From Thermoanaerobaculia bacterium (GTDB taxonomy: Bacteria; Acidobacteriota; Thermoanaerobaculia; Gp7-AA8), in contig JBHEPS010000003.1 in assembly GCA_046260175.1 (NCBI GenBank), forward strand, positions 20,944 through 65,288: DNA of 44,345 nucleotides, read 5' to 3'. Below, one piece after another: positions 1 through 8,590 of this stretch. The notes under the pieces are model-generated. The model made no database searches. It saw only the letters and a program-made list of their open reading frames with translations, and had not been told where the DNA came from. Positions within the stretch are counted from its first letter, which is position 1. Every line of letters starts with the position of its first letter. The translations under genes were made by a program, and so were the position numbers.

Positions 1-1
1 G

Positions 2-343
2 AGCCTGGTCCCCTGGGCGCGGATGGATGGAACAGGGACGGTGGGCGAGCCGGAGCCTTCCGACGGGCGTCCCGATCCGGAACGCCTCGTGATGGCGGAG
101 CAGCTCTCTTCCGCGATCGATCGTGCCGTCGAGGAGCTTTCCGGTCAGCAGAGAGTCGTGTTCACCCTCCGCCACTTCGAGGATCGTTCCATGGAGGAGA
201 TCGCGGAGATCCTCGGGATGAGGCCCGCCACGGCAAGGGTTCACCTGTTTCGCGCAGTGAAGAAGGTTCGCCAACGGCTCGAAGGATGGAGACCCGCGCG
301 GCGAATGGAGGAAAACCATCATGAAGCACCCGAGCGAACCTGA
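2..343 (+). CDS. ECF-type RNA polymerase sigma factor, 5'-truncated by the window edge
   Basis: Region-4 motif 'LSGQQRVVFTLRHFEDRSMEEIAEILGMRPATARVHLFRAVKK'; the frame is open from the window start; overlaps a downstream anti-sigma gene. Confidence 0.9.
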   Translation, partial: SLVPWARMDGTGTVGEPEPSDGRPDPERLVMAEQLSSAIDRAVEELSGQQRVVFTLRHFEDRSMEEIAEILGMRPATARVHLFRAVKKVRQRLEGWRPARRMEENHHEAPERT

Positions 344-818
344 ACTTTTCCAGCACCTGCACCTGCCGGAGTCCGATTCGGAGATCGATCGGCATCTGCG
401 GATCTGTGCGGGCTGCGCGGCCCGGCTGGCCATGATGGGGGAAACGGTCCGGATCGAGAGGGAGAGGGTCCAGGCTCGCCACGAATCACGCCCCGATGGA
501 TACTGGGCCCGGCAAAGGGAAGAGATCCGGCGGCGGATCGAAGCGAACGAGCGTTCCCCCCGGACCGCAATCGGACCCGCGCGCTGGGCGCTGGCGGGAA
601 CGTTCGTACTCGTGCTCGTAACGGGTGGCGTGTTTCTGAACGATCGCAGAGCGGGCGCGCCCCCCGAGCCTTCGACCGTCGCGACCGAGGCGATCGTCGC
701 GCCGATCGAGCTTCCGACTGCCGATCCGTGGGCCGCCGATTCGCTCGAGCCCTGGGGAAATGCCGTCGCGTGGGAGTCGTGGCTCGAACCGGCGGAACCG
801 GGGACAGGAGGCGCATGA
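321..818 (+). CDS. Zinc-binding (ZAS) transmembrane anti-sigma factor
   Basis: HxxxCxxC motif 'HLRICAGC', one TM segment 'WALAGTFVLVLVTGGVFL', SD 'ggagg' before ATG 321, directly follows the ECF sigma. Confidence 0.8.
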   Translation: MKHPSEPELFQHLHLPESDSEIDRHLRICAGCAARLAMMGETVRIERERVQARHESRPDGYWARQREEIRRRIEANERSPRTAIGPARWALAGTFVLVLVTGGVFLNDRRAGAPPEPSTVATEAIVAPIELPTADPWAADSLEPWGNAVAWESWLEPAEPGTGGA

Positions 819-1300
819 TGGTGAGGAAGATTGGACTCTTCGTGGTCGTGCTGCTGATGACTTCCATGACGGAGGCCGAGGGACAACAGCTCCCTCCCGG
901 CAAGTGGTGGCAGCGTCCGGAGGTCGTCACTCGCCTCGGGCTCACCCCCGACCAGAGGGGCCGGCTCGATGAAGTGCTCCGCCGCTCCGCCCCCGAGCTC
1001 GTCGAGCTTCGGGATGAGATGGAGAGCAGTGCGAGCGCCCTGCGGGAGCAGCTCGATCGGCCGAATCTCGACCGCGAGGCGGTTCGAAAGGCGGCGGAAG
1101 ATGTCAGTTCCGCACGCGCCCGCCTCTTCGAGCGGGAGCTGATGATGCTGGTCGATATGCGCCGGGAGCTGAAGGACGAGCAGTGGAACCGGTTTCGGGC
1201 ATTGATCGAAAGCCGGCCGGGCCAGGGTCCGCCCGCCCCGGGGATGCAGGAGCGGCGCGGGCCGCCACAGCCCGGCAGCAGACGCGGCCGACGCCCCTGA
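815..1300 (+). CDS. Spy/CpxP-like periplasmic helical protein (heavy-metal-sensor family)
   Basis: ATGA overlap with the anti-sigma stop; signal peptide; 'GKWW...LGLTPDQ...L.DEQW' (LTxxQ-type motifs). Confidence 0.75.
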   Translation: MMVRKIGLFVVVLLMTSMTEAEGQQLPPGKWWQRPEVVTRLGLTPDQRGRLDEVLRRSAPELVELRDEMESSASALREQLDRPNLDREAVRKAAEDVSSARARLFERELMMLVDMRRELKDEQWNRFRALIESRPGQGPPAPGMQERRGPPQPGSRRGRRP

Positions 1301-1312
1301 ACAGGAAACCTT

Positions 1313-1382
1313 GTGGCCGGGCTCTCCAGAGCCCGGTCCTTTTTTGCGGACGGAAGCAGCCGGGCTCTGGGAGCCCGGCCAC
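1313..1382. repeat. REP-like inverted doublet; the first copy also resembles an intrinsic terminator
   Basis: GTGG-CCGGGCTCT-cc-AGAGCCCGG followed by a T-run, then a near-identical inverted copy CCGGGCTCT-gg-GAGCCCGG-CCAC. Confidence 0.6.
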
Positions 1383-1396
1383 CGTACAATCGCTCC

Positions 1397-2437
1397 GTGC
1401 TCGACCTCACTCTCGATCGCATCCTCTCCCCGCGGCTCGGTCCGGATCCCCTTTCGCTCTCCTTCCCGCGTTCCGAGCACGTCGCCCTCGTCGGACCGCC
1501 GGCATCCGGCAAGACGACGCTTCTCGCCATCCTTCACGGTTCGGTCCGGGTGTACGGGGGATCGGTGAGCGTGGGCGGCCGGGACGTCACGGGAACGAGG
1601 GCCTCCCGGAGGCCGCTCTTCCACAGTCTGCTCACGGATCCCCCATCCGCGCGATGGAGCGTCCGGCGGCTTCTCATCAGAGCGGCCCGAACGCGAGTGG
1701 GTCTTTCGCTGCCCGAGCGGATCGCCGCCATCGAAGAGGTTTCGGAGTCGTGGCGGATCGCGAACCTGCTCGATCGTCGATGCCGGGACCTGTCGAGTCA
1801 CGAGCTCCTCGCGACGCGTCTCGCGCAGATCGAGCTTTTCCGCCCGGCGGTACTTCTCGCCGAGAGGATGTTCGAACGGGCATCTGCCGGCTCCGCCGAC
1901 GAGCTCGAGGAAAAGTTCTGGAGCCTCATGCGAGCCGCCGGATGCACGGTGATCCACGAGCTCTCTCATCCGGACGAGATCGCGTGGGCAGACCGGGTCG
2001 TCCTTCTCGAGCGGGGGAAAGTGGTAATCGAGGCGCAGCCGCGCGAGGCGTATTCCGCCGCCCCCTTCGCTCTTGCGAGTCTTCTCGCCCCGACGAGCAG
2101 TTTTCCGGTGATCGTCCGAAACGGCCAGATCGAATCTCCGATCGGCTTCTGGAAGATCTCGTCCCCTCCCTTCGAGGGGAAGGGGTTCGCGCTGGTCCAT
2201 CCTGCCGACTTCGAGCTCGTCGGCGCCGGGGAGGAATCGGACTTCTTCGTCAACGTCGCCGAGGCCCGCTTTTTCAGCGGCCGCTGGGAGGTACGAGGGA
2301 CGCTTTCCGGCGGAACGGTGCTGCGCGTCTGGCTGCCTCCCGATCAGCAGATCCGAAGGGGAAAGCTCCTCCCGTTGCGGCTGGACCCGGAGCGCATGCG
2401 GCTTTTTCCCGTCGAGCCCGAAGACGAGTCCGCCTGA
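1397..2437 (+). CDS. ABC-transporter ATP-binding-like protein with degenerate motifs and a C-terminal TOBE-like region
   Basis: Walker A 'GPPASGKT'; signature region 'LSSHE'; Walker B region 'VLLAER'; GTG 1397 lies 6 nt after TACAAT. Confidence 0.7.
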   Translation: MLDLTLDRILSPRLGPDPLSLSFPRSEHVALVGPPASGKTTLLAILHGSVRVYGGSVSVGGRDVTGTRASRRPLFHSLLTDPPSARWSVRRLLIRAARTRVGLSLPERIAAIEEVSESWRIANLLDRRCRDLSSHELLATRLAQIELFRPAVLLAERMFERASAGSADELEEKFWSLMRAAGCTVIHELSHPDEIAWADRVVLLERGKVVIEAQPREAYSAAPFALASLLAPTSSFPVIVRNGQIESPIGFWKISSPPFEGKGFALVHPADFELVGAGEESDFFVNVAEARFFSGRWEVRGTLSGGTVLRVWLPPDQQIRRGKLLPLRLDPERMRLFPVEPEDESA

Positions 2438-2594
2438 GCCCCTGAGGAACCTCGAGGCGTTACGTTTACAGCGGCCTGAATGCTCTGGTCGCGCCGGGGC
2501 CGTCTGGTACAATAGACACCCCACCTCGGACCGGGGAACGCTGTTTGCAAAGGGCCTTCTTCGAGCTCGGATCAAAGAGAAAGCAGGTTCAGAA

Positions 2595-3011
2595 TTGGCT
2601 ATTCGCGCGCGGAGGACTCGACAGACGCTGAGGAAACTTCTGGTCATCGATGATGACCTCAAGCTTCTCGCCTCCTACCGAGACCTGCTCCTCCCCTACG
2701 GCTTCGAAGTCCTCACGGCCCCTGACGGTGAGCAGGCCATTACGCTCGTCGAGCAGAACCCCGACATCATGCTCGTGATCCTCGACGTGGTGATGCCCAC
2801 CATGGATGGGAAGGAGTGGCTGCGGTGGTTCCGCCAGCGCGCCAAAGAGTCGCCGGTCATCGTGATCTCGGCGTACACCTTTTCCGAGGAAGACGCGGAC
2901 CTTCAGCCGACGGCGATCCTTCAGAAACCTTTTCACGTGGCTGAATTGCTCGACCTGGTCGGACTCTTCTGCGGACTCTCGACCCCGAACGCTTCCGTCA
3001 CTACGGTCTGA
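2595..3011 (+). CDS. Stand-alone response regulator (receiver domain)
   Basis: 'LLVIDDD...ILDVVMPTMDG...VIVISA...LQKPF'; the start codon is uncertain (TTG 2595). Confidence 0.88.
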   Translation: MAIRARRTRQTLRKLLVIDDDLKLLASYRDLLLPYGFEVLTAPDGEQAITLVEQNPDIMLVILDVVMPTMDGKEWLRWFRQRAKESPVIVISAYTFSEEDADLQPTAILQKPFHVAELLDLVGLFCGLSTPNASVTTV

Positions 3012-3022
3012 AGACCCGCCGC

Positions 3023-3793
3023 TCAGCGGAGCGAGCTCAACTCGAGCTGAAGTGAAGTCAGGCTTCTCTGGATCTCGATCCGCACCGGCACCTTCTGCGA
3101 ATCCGCGGTCAGCCACACTTTCACCCCGCCGGGCCAGCGCTTTTCGTTGCCCGGAGCCGCGACGATCTCGAATCCGCGGGTGTCCACGCTCTCTCCTCCC
3201 ACGGTCGCCGTCCGGCTCCCGATCGGCCGGAAGATCACCGGGTAGACCTCGCCGTCGGAGTAGATCTGGGAGCTGACGGGCGAAGTGATGGAGTCGGCGT
3301 TGCTGCGAAGATAGTAGATGCCGGTGAGCACGTCCCGCATGACATTTGCCGGGAGCTTGTGGACGCGGTTGCTGGGAGGTCGTTCCTCTCGCTCCTTGCG
3401 CACGCGGGCCAGACCATCCTCATAGTCGAAGCGGGTCTGTTCGCCACGCCGCCGTCCTTCCCATTCGTAGCCATGGAAGGTCATCAGCGTGCGAAGCTGA
3501 AGATCGTCGATCTCCGAGCGGTAGACGTACATTCCCTCGCGCCGCTCGTTGCCCAGGATTCTGAGCTCGCTCTCGATCCGGTCGTTGCCCACGGGATTGT
3601 TGCGGAAAAGCCCGGATCCGGAGGTGGGAAACTTCAGCCCGGCGATCCAGGAAAGCGCACCGCGAAGCCGCCAGGTATAGCGGAGCTCTTCGGGCCGGGT
3701 GACCGGGCCGCTCGCGGCAAATGCGGAAAATGCCGGGATAGTGATCGCCATGGCCAGCATGGCGACACGGATCAGTTTTGTCATTGAGCTCAT
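3023..3793 (-). CDS. Exported DUF3108-like protein
   Basis: Signal peptide; 'EELRY', 'DVLTGIYYLR', 'KVWLTADSQKVPVRIE' match the pattern I recall for DUF3108. Confidence 0.7.
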   Translation of the reverse strand: MSSMTKLIRVAMLAMAITIPAFSAFAASGPVTRPEELRYTWRLRGALSWIAGLKFPTSGSGLFRNNPVGNDRIESELRILGNERREGMYVYRSEIDDLQLRTLMTFHGYEWEGRRRGEQTRFDYEDGLARVRKEREERPPSNRVHKLPANVMRDVLTGIYYLRSNADSITSPVSSQIYSDGEVYPVIFRPIGSRTATVGGESVDTRGFEIVAAPGNEKRWPGGVKVWLTADSQKVPVRIEIQRSLTSLQLELSSLR

Positions 3794-3815
3794 AGAAACG
3801 ACTCGTTCCAGCGCT

Positions 3816-4694
3816 TTATTCTGACGAACTGGGGGTCGTCGACGTTACACCGGCGAGCTCGAGCATCCGATGCTCGACTTCGTCGATCACGTAGTCCGGG
3901 GTGGATGCCCCCGCCGTCAAGCCCGCGGTCCGGGCCCCCGAGAACCACTCGGGCTGCAGGTCCCCGGCGTCCTGGATCAGGTAAGAGGTCTTGAGTTCGC
4001 GGCAGATCTCCCAGAGGTGACGCGTGTTCGCGCTCTGCTTTCCGCCTACGACGATGATGAGGTCGACCGCGGAATCGGCGGCGAGAGCGCGCGCAGCCAG
4101 CTGATTCTCCTTGGTGGCGTAGCAGATCGTGTCGCCGCGCTCCACTCTGGATGCGCGCTCTGCGATCCGCCTGACGACCGGCTCGTAGTCGTCGGCGTTC
4201 AGCGTCGTCTGGTAGAAGACCTTGATGCCGGGATAGCTGGCCCAGTCGACAGCGTCGACTTCTTCGATGCGCGAGACGATGTGGTAGGTGGCGGGGTCGA
4301 GGTCATTCGTGTATCCGATGACTTCGCGATGTTTCGGGTCCCCGATGAACACGAGGTGGTAATTCTGTTCGAGAGCCGCGGCAGCTTCTCGATGAATGTC
4401 ATAGACGAACTTGCACGTGGTGTCGAGAATCTGGAGATTTCGCGATCGCGCTGCGTCGTGAAAGGAGGGAGGGACGCCGTGAGCGGAGAAGACGATCGTG
4501 GGCTCCGTGACGTCGGTGATCGACTCGACCGTGCGGACGCCGAGAGAGTCCATCTCAGCGACGACCCGTTCGTTATGAACGACCTGCCCCAGAATGGCGC
4601 CCGCCGAGCCTTTCCCGGCGAATCGCTTCACCTTCATGTCGGCGATGCGCACGCCCGAACAGAAGCCGTATTTTTCAGCTCGTTTGACCTGCAT
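3816..4694 (-). CDS. ispH: 4-hydroxy-3-methylbut-2-enyl diphosphate reductase
   Basis: 'GFCSGV', 'VVHN', 'SAHG', 'DTTC', 'TICYAT', 'SANT', 'TAGASTP' motifs; start moved to MQVKRA. Confidence 0.96.
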   Translation of the reverse strand: MQVKRAEKYGFCSGVRIADMKVKRFAGKGSAGAILGQVVHNERVVAEMDSLGVRTVESITDVTEPTIVFSAHGVPPSFHDAARSRNLQILDTTCKFVYDIHREAAAALEQNYHLVFIGDPKHREVIGYTNDLDPATYHIVSRIEEVDAVDWASYPGIKVFYQTTLNADDYEPVVRRIAERASRVERGDTICYATKENQLAARALAADSAVDLIIVVGGKQSANTRHLWEICRELKTSYLIQDAGDLQPEWFSGARTAGLTAGASTPDYVIDEVEHRMLELAGVTSTTPSSSE

Positions 4695-4795
4695 CCGTTT
4701 CCGCGACCTCCTCTCGGATTCGGTTCGAACAACAGTCCGGCCTTCGCGAAGATTGCAGTGCGCCACCCCTGCCCTGGCGATATAATCCACGCCTG

Positions 4796-5362
4796 ATGAA
4801 CCCTGCATTGAAAGAGCATCTCGTCAGCCTCATCGGGCCGCTCTATGACAACCCGGAAGCGGGGACTGCATTCGACGAGGTTGATCGGATCGAGATCCTC
4901 GCCCGCCGGCTCCGCAAGCCCGCGCCCGAAGAATCGCAGCTGTTCGAGCTCATGGTGCTGTTTCATCGTCTCGGGCGCTGGATCGCGCACCCCGGCAATT
5001 CCGAGATGATCGGCCGCGCTTCTGGGGGGCTTCTGACAGGAGCGATGATCGATCAACTGACCGAGTCCCTGCTGCGTCTCGACGCGCCGGAGACCGACCT
5101 GGAGAAACTCGTCGCGTCGGCCGTGGCGATCGAAGCGGCGGGGGTTCGCGGCTTTCTCAGCCGAGCTGCGAATGCCTATCGAACCGGCCGAACGGTCGAG
5201 AAGGTCGCGATCGAAGAGATCGAAAGCCCGGGTGAGACACCGGCCTGGATGTCTCAGGAAGCAGCGACGATGCTTTCGACCCGGAGAGCACGGGCACGAG
5301 CCGCGGCTCGCGCTCTTCTCGAGGAGTTGCAGCTGAGCGACACCCCCGTCACCCAGGGTTGA
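4796..5362 (+). CDS. Hypothetical protein, degenerate HD-domain-like
   Basis: Helical pattern like HD hydrolases but 'LFHRLG' replaces LHDxG; TATAAT at 4781-4786 just upstream. Confidence 0.55.
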   Translation: MNPALKEHLVSLIGPLYDNPEAGTAFDEVDRIEILARRLRKPAPEESQLFELMVLFHRLGRWIAHPGNSEMIGRASGGLLTGAMIDQLTESLLRLDAPETDLEKLVASAVAIEAAGVRGFLSRAANAYRTGRTVEKVAIEEIESPGETPAWMSQEAATMLSTRRARARAAARALLEELQLSDTPVTQG

Positions 5363-5383
5363 GCAACCTCTGTGTGAGCCGGA

Positions 5384-7309
5384 TCAGACTCTCAGCACGC
5401 CGGCGCGCTCGAAGATCTTCGCGTCGATGAAGACCCGCACCAGGTCCGCATCGAGAAGCCCTTCATCGACTTCGAAGCCGAGGATGTCCAGGGCCCGGTC
5501 GGTTCCGATCGCCCGCTTGTACGGCCGGTCGCTGGCCGTGAGCGCGTCGTAGATGTCCGAGACCGTCATCATCCGCGACTGGATCGGAATCGTCGCCGAA
5601 TCGAGCTTTCGCGGATATCCCCGCCCGTTGAGCTTCTCGTGGTGCGCGTAGGCGATCTCCGGCACGAACCGAAGATCCCTGGTCCAGGGAATCTTGGAGA
5701 GGAAGTGGAAAGTGTGCGTCACGTGGCTCTCGATCTCGCTTCTCTCGTTCGAGTCGAGATTTCCCTTTCGGATCGAAAGCCTCGCAACCTCCTGAGGCTC
5801 GAGAAGAGGCCGTACATTCCCCTCGCGATCGGTGAACTCCCGCCCCGCGAGCTCTTGAAGATACTGGAACTCCCCTTCCGGAAGCACAGTCGGCTCGTTG
5901 GACTTCATCACGAACTCGAGGTCCCTCTGCATCGAAGCGACGGCCCCGGCGAGCTCCAGGTCGACCGATCTCGCGAACTCGTCGTAGCCGTCGGGGCCAT
6001 GAGCGAGGAGCCAGTCGATCTTTCGCTGGCTCGCGCGGGCCTCCATCGTCCGAACGATGTAGTCGAACCGTCCGCGAATCAGGTCGATCTGCAGCGGATA
6101 GAGCTTCTTCTCCTTCACGAGCACGTTTTCCCGCACCCCGACCTTGCCGAAATCGTGGAGCAGCGAGGCGTAGCGGATCTCTCGGACCTGTTCCGGCGTG
6201 AAGGTCACGGTCCGGAACTTTCCCTCGTCGAGGGAGTCGAGCGTCTTCGCCAGCTCCACCGTCAGGTCGGCAACGCGGAACGAATGTCCTGAGGTGGTCG
6301 GGTCCCGCTGCTCGATCGCGGTGACCGAGGCGGTCACGAAACCCTCGAACAGCCGCTCGATCGACTCGTAGAGATAGTTGTTCTCGACGGCGACGCCGGC
6401 CGCTCCTGCCAGCGATTGCATCGAGCGCGTCACCTGCGCGTCGAACGGGATCACGAACCCGGGGACCGTCTCGGCGGTGAGACGCGGAGGCGCCCCTTTT
6501 TTCTTGCGATTGATGAGCTGGAGCACTCCGATGATCTCGCCACTGTGATTCGACATCGGAAAGACGAGCAACGAGCGCGTGAGGTAGCCGTTCGCGCGAT
6601 CGAAGGAATTGTTGATCTGGTAGGGAACGTCCTTGGGGAGATCATAGGCGTCGGCGATGCTGAGAGTCTCGCCCGTCAACGCAACGTAGCCCGCCAGACT
6701 CTCTTTGGTGATCGGCAGGGTCATCTCCTGGAAATCGACCTGGATCGAGTTGTTCTGGGCCAGCTTCCAGCGGAGCACCCGCTCGCCGTCCATCTGATCG
6801 AGCAGGTAGAGAGATCCTGCGTCCGAGCGGCTCATCTCCAGCGCCTTGGTCAGAATCATCGGCAACAGAACGTCGTGATCGCGCACCGTGGAGAGCGCGA
6901 TGCCGATCTTGTGAATCTCGTCCAGCTCGGTCGTCACTTGCTGCATCTGCTCGACGAGCCACTCCTTCTCCATGTGATCGATCGCCAACCGCGCAGCCCT
7001 CTCGAGGACCTTCTTCAGAACACCGCTCCCCGGCCTGGCCTCCAGATGAAAACGGACTTCCGGACTGTCCGCGACCTCGCTCTCGCCATTGAGCCCAAGA
7101 CCTATGAACAGCGTGCCGGGCGAGTCGGGAAGCTCCGAGATCCCTTCGCACAACGCGGTGTCGAGCACAACCAGACGGGGTCCTGGCTCGTCGGGGAGCT
7201 CGGATAGAGAACCGATCGGCTCGGCCGTCATCGAGGAGCCGAGCTCCGCTTCGAGCTCGCGGAGCGAGGTCATCGGATAGTAGACCCTGATTCCCGCCAT
7301 CCCCATCAA
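5384..7309 (-). CDS. GAF + HD-GYP cyclic-dinucleotide phosphodiesterase
   Basis: GAF ('DAGSLYL...DAY...IIGVLQLIN'), 'TSGHS', 'HDFGK', 'HHEKLNGRGYP', 'RPYK'; start overlaps the moaA stop. Confidence 0.9.
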   Translation of the reverse strand: MMGMAGIRVYYPMTSLRELEAELGSSMTAEPIGSLSELPDEPGPRLVVLDTALCEGISELPDSPGTLFIGLGLNGESEVADSPEVRFHLEARPGSGVLKKVLERAARLAIDHMEKEWLVEQMQQVTTELDEIHKIGIALSTVRDHDVLLPMILTKALEMSRSDAGSLYLLDQMDGERVLRWKLAQNNSIQVDFQEMTLPITKESLAGYVALTGETLSIADAYDLPKDVPYQINNSFDRANGYLTRSLLVFPMSNHSGEIIGVLQLINRKKKGAPPRLTAETVPGFVIPFDAQVTRSMQSLAGAAGVAVENNYLYESIERLFEGFVTASVTAIEQRDPTTSGHSFRVADLTVELAKTLDSLDEGKFRTVTFTPEQVREIRYASLLHDFGKVGVRENVLVKEKKLYPLQIDLIRGRFDYIVRTMEARASQRKIDWLLAHGPDGYDEFARSVDLELAGAVASMQRDLEFVMKSNEPTVLPEGEFQYLQELAGREFTDREGNVRPLLEPQEVARLSIRKGNLDSNERSEIESHVTHTFHFLSKIPWTRDLRFVPEIAYAHHEKLNGRGYPRKLDSATIPIQSRMMTVSDIYDALTASDRPYKRAIGTDRALDILGFEVDEGLLDADLVRVFIDAKIFERAGVLRV

Positions 7310-8307
7310 CCTCCGATGCAGGACATCGTGCGCTCGGGCTTCACGAAGTCCTGTCTATTGATCCGGTGTCCAGCCTCTTTCGTGAGCACCATCGCACCGA
7401 TCCGTTCCATCATCTCCTCGTCGCTCGCCCCCCCCCTGAGAGGTGTCTTCAGATCGTGCTCGACGAGAGAGAACAAGCAGGTCCTCAGTTTTCCATCTGC
7501 AGTGAGTCGGATTCGGTTGCAGTTTCCGCAGAAGGGCGCCGTGACCGGGGCAATGATTCCGATCTCGCCGCAGGAATCCTCGAAACCCCACCTCACCGCC
7601 GTCTCGGACTCGCTGCGCCGGGGGAGCTGCACCAGGGGAAAAGCCGCCCTCAGGCGATCGAAGATCTCGCCGCCGGACACGACCTGCTCCATCGTCCATT
7701 GATGACCGCTGTCGAGCGGCATGAACTCGATGAACCGGACCGTGTGCCCCGTTTCTCGCGAGAAGCTCGCGAAGGACTCGATCTCGTCGTCGTTGACACC
7801 GCGAATCACGACCGCGTTGATCTTGATCGGCGCGAATCCCGCGTCGGCGGCGGCCCGGATCCCTTCGAGAACATCGCGAAGAGCGTCGCGCCGCGTCATT
7901 GCGAAGAATCGGTCGTGGCGAAGAGAATCGAGGGAGATGTTGATCCGCCTCACGCCGGAGGCTTTCAGCTCCGAGGCGAAGGCCGGCAGAAGCTTGCCGT
8001 TGGTCGTCAACGAAAGGTCTTCGATTCCTTCGATCCCGGAGAGCCGCCTGATCAGCGAGCTCGCCTGAGGCCGGAGCAGGGGCTCGCCTCCGGTGACGCG
8101 CAGCTTCCGTATGCCGAACCGGGCGAAGATCCGCGTCAACCGGAGGATTTCTTCGTACGTGAGGATCTCGCTCCGGGGCTTCCACTCGATATTCTCGACC
8201 GGGATGCAATAGGTGCAGCGGAAGTTGCACCGATCGGTGATCGAGATTCTCAGATCTCCGATCGTACGGCCGTAGGAGTCGCGGAGTTCGCGTTCAGGCA
8301 TGGTCAT
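7306..8307 (-). CDS. moaA: GTP 3',8-cyclase (molybdenum cofactor biosynthesis)
   Basis: 'LRISITDRCNFRCTYC', 'TGGEP', 'FCGNCNRIRLTADG..RTCL', C-terminal 'IGG'; start 8307 or 8301. Confidence 0.97.
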   Translation of the reverse strand: MTMPERELRDSYGRTIGDLRISITDRCNFRCTYCIPVENIEWKPRSEILTYEEILRLTRIFARFGIRKLRVTGGEPLLRPQASSLIRRLSGIEGIEDLSLTTNGKLLPAFASELKASGVRRINISLDSLRHDRFFAMTRRDALRDVLEGIRAAADAGFAPIKINAVVIRGVNDDEIESFASFSRETGHTVRFIEFMPLDSGHQWTMEQVVSGGEIFDRLRAAFPLVQLPRRSESETAVRWGFEDSCGEIGIIAPVTAPFCGNCNRIRLTADGKLRTCLFSLVEHDLKTPLRGGASDEEMMERIGAMVLTKEAGHRINRQDFVKPERTMSCIGG

Positions 8308-8564
8308 CACGAAATCGACTTGGGGGTGCGGCGGTCTCTCGACCGAGCTTCCATTATGCCATCTCACCGCGGGATTTGCGTTTTCCTCGTCCCGGGGGAC
8401 GATTCTGTTGCGGGGAACGGAAGTGGGGCACTCTCTTCATTCCCCGAACCGTCGAAACGGCCGATGGGGAGCGGCGTCCAACTTCCATCGAATCAAGGGA
8501 TAGCCGAGCCAGCCTCACGCTCCGCCCGGATCGGACTGCCAACCCTGGACGGAATACGCCGACA

Positions 8565-8580
8565 TGGCCGCTCGATTGCA
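8565..8580 (+). promoter_or_regulatory. sigma54-like -24/-12 promoter
   Basis: TGGCCG-CTCGA-TTGCA (GG-N10-GC); the predicted +1 falls on ATG 8591. Confidence 0.55.
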
Positions 8581-8590
8581 AATAATACCA

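Noticed and set aside
8308-8486. Moco, fluoride or c-di-GMP riboswitch upstream of moaA
   Set aside because: Only fragments of each consensus are present; a CATAAT box about 45 nt from the start leaves little leader. Kept only as an unassigned structure
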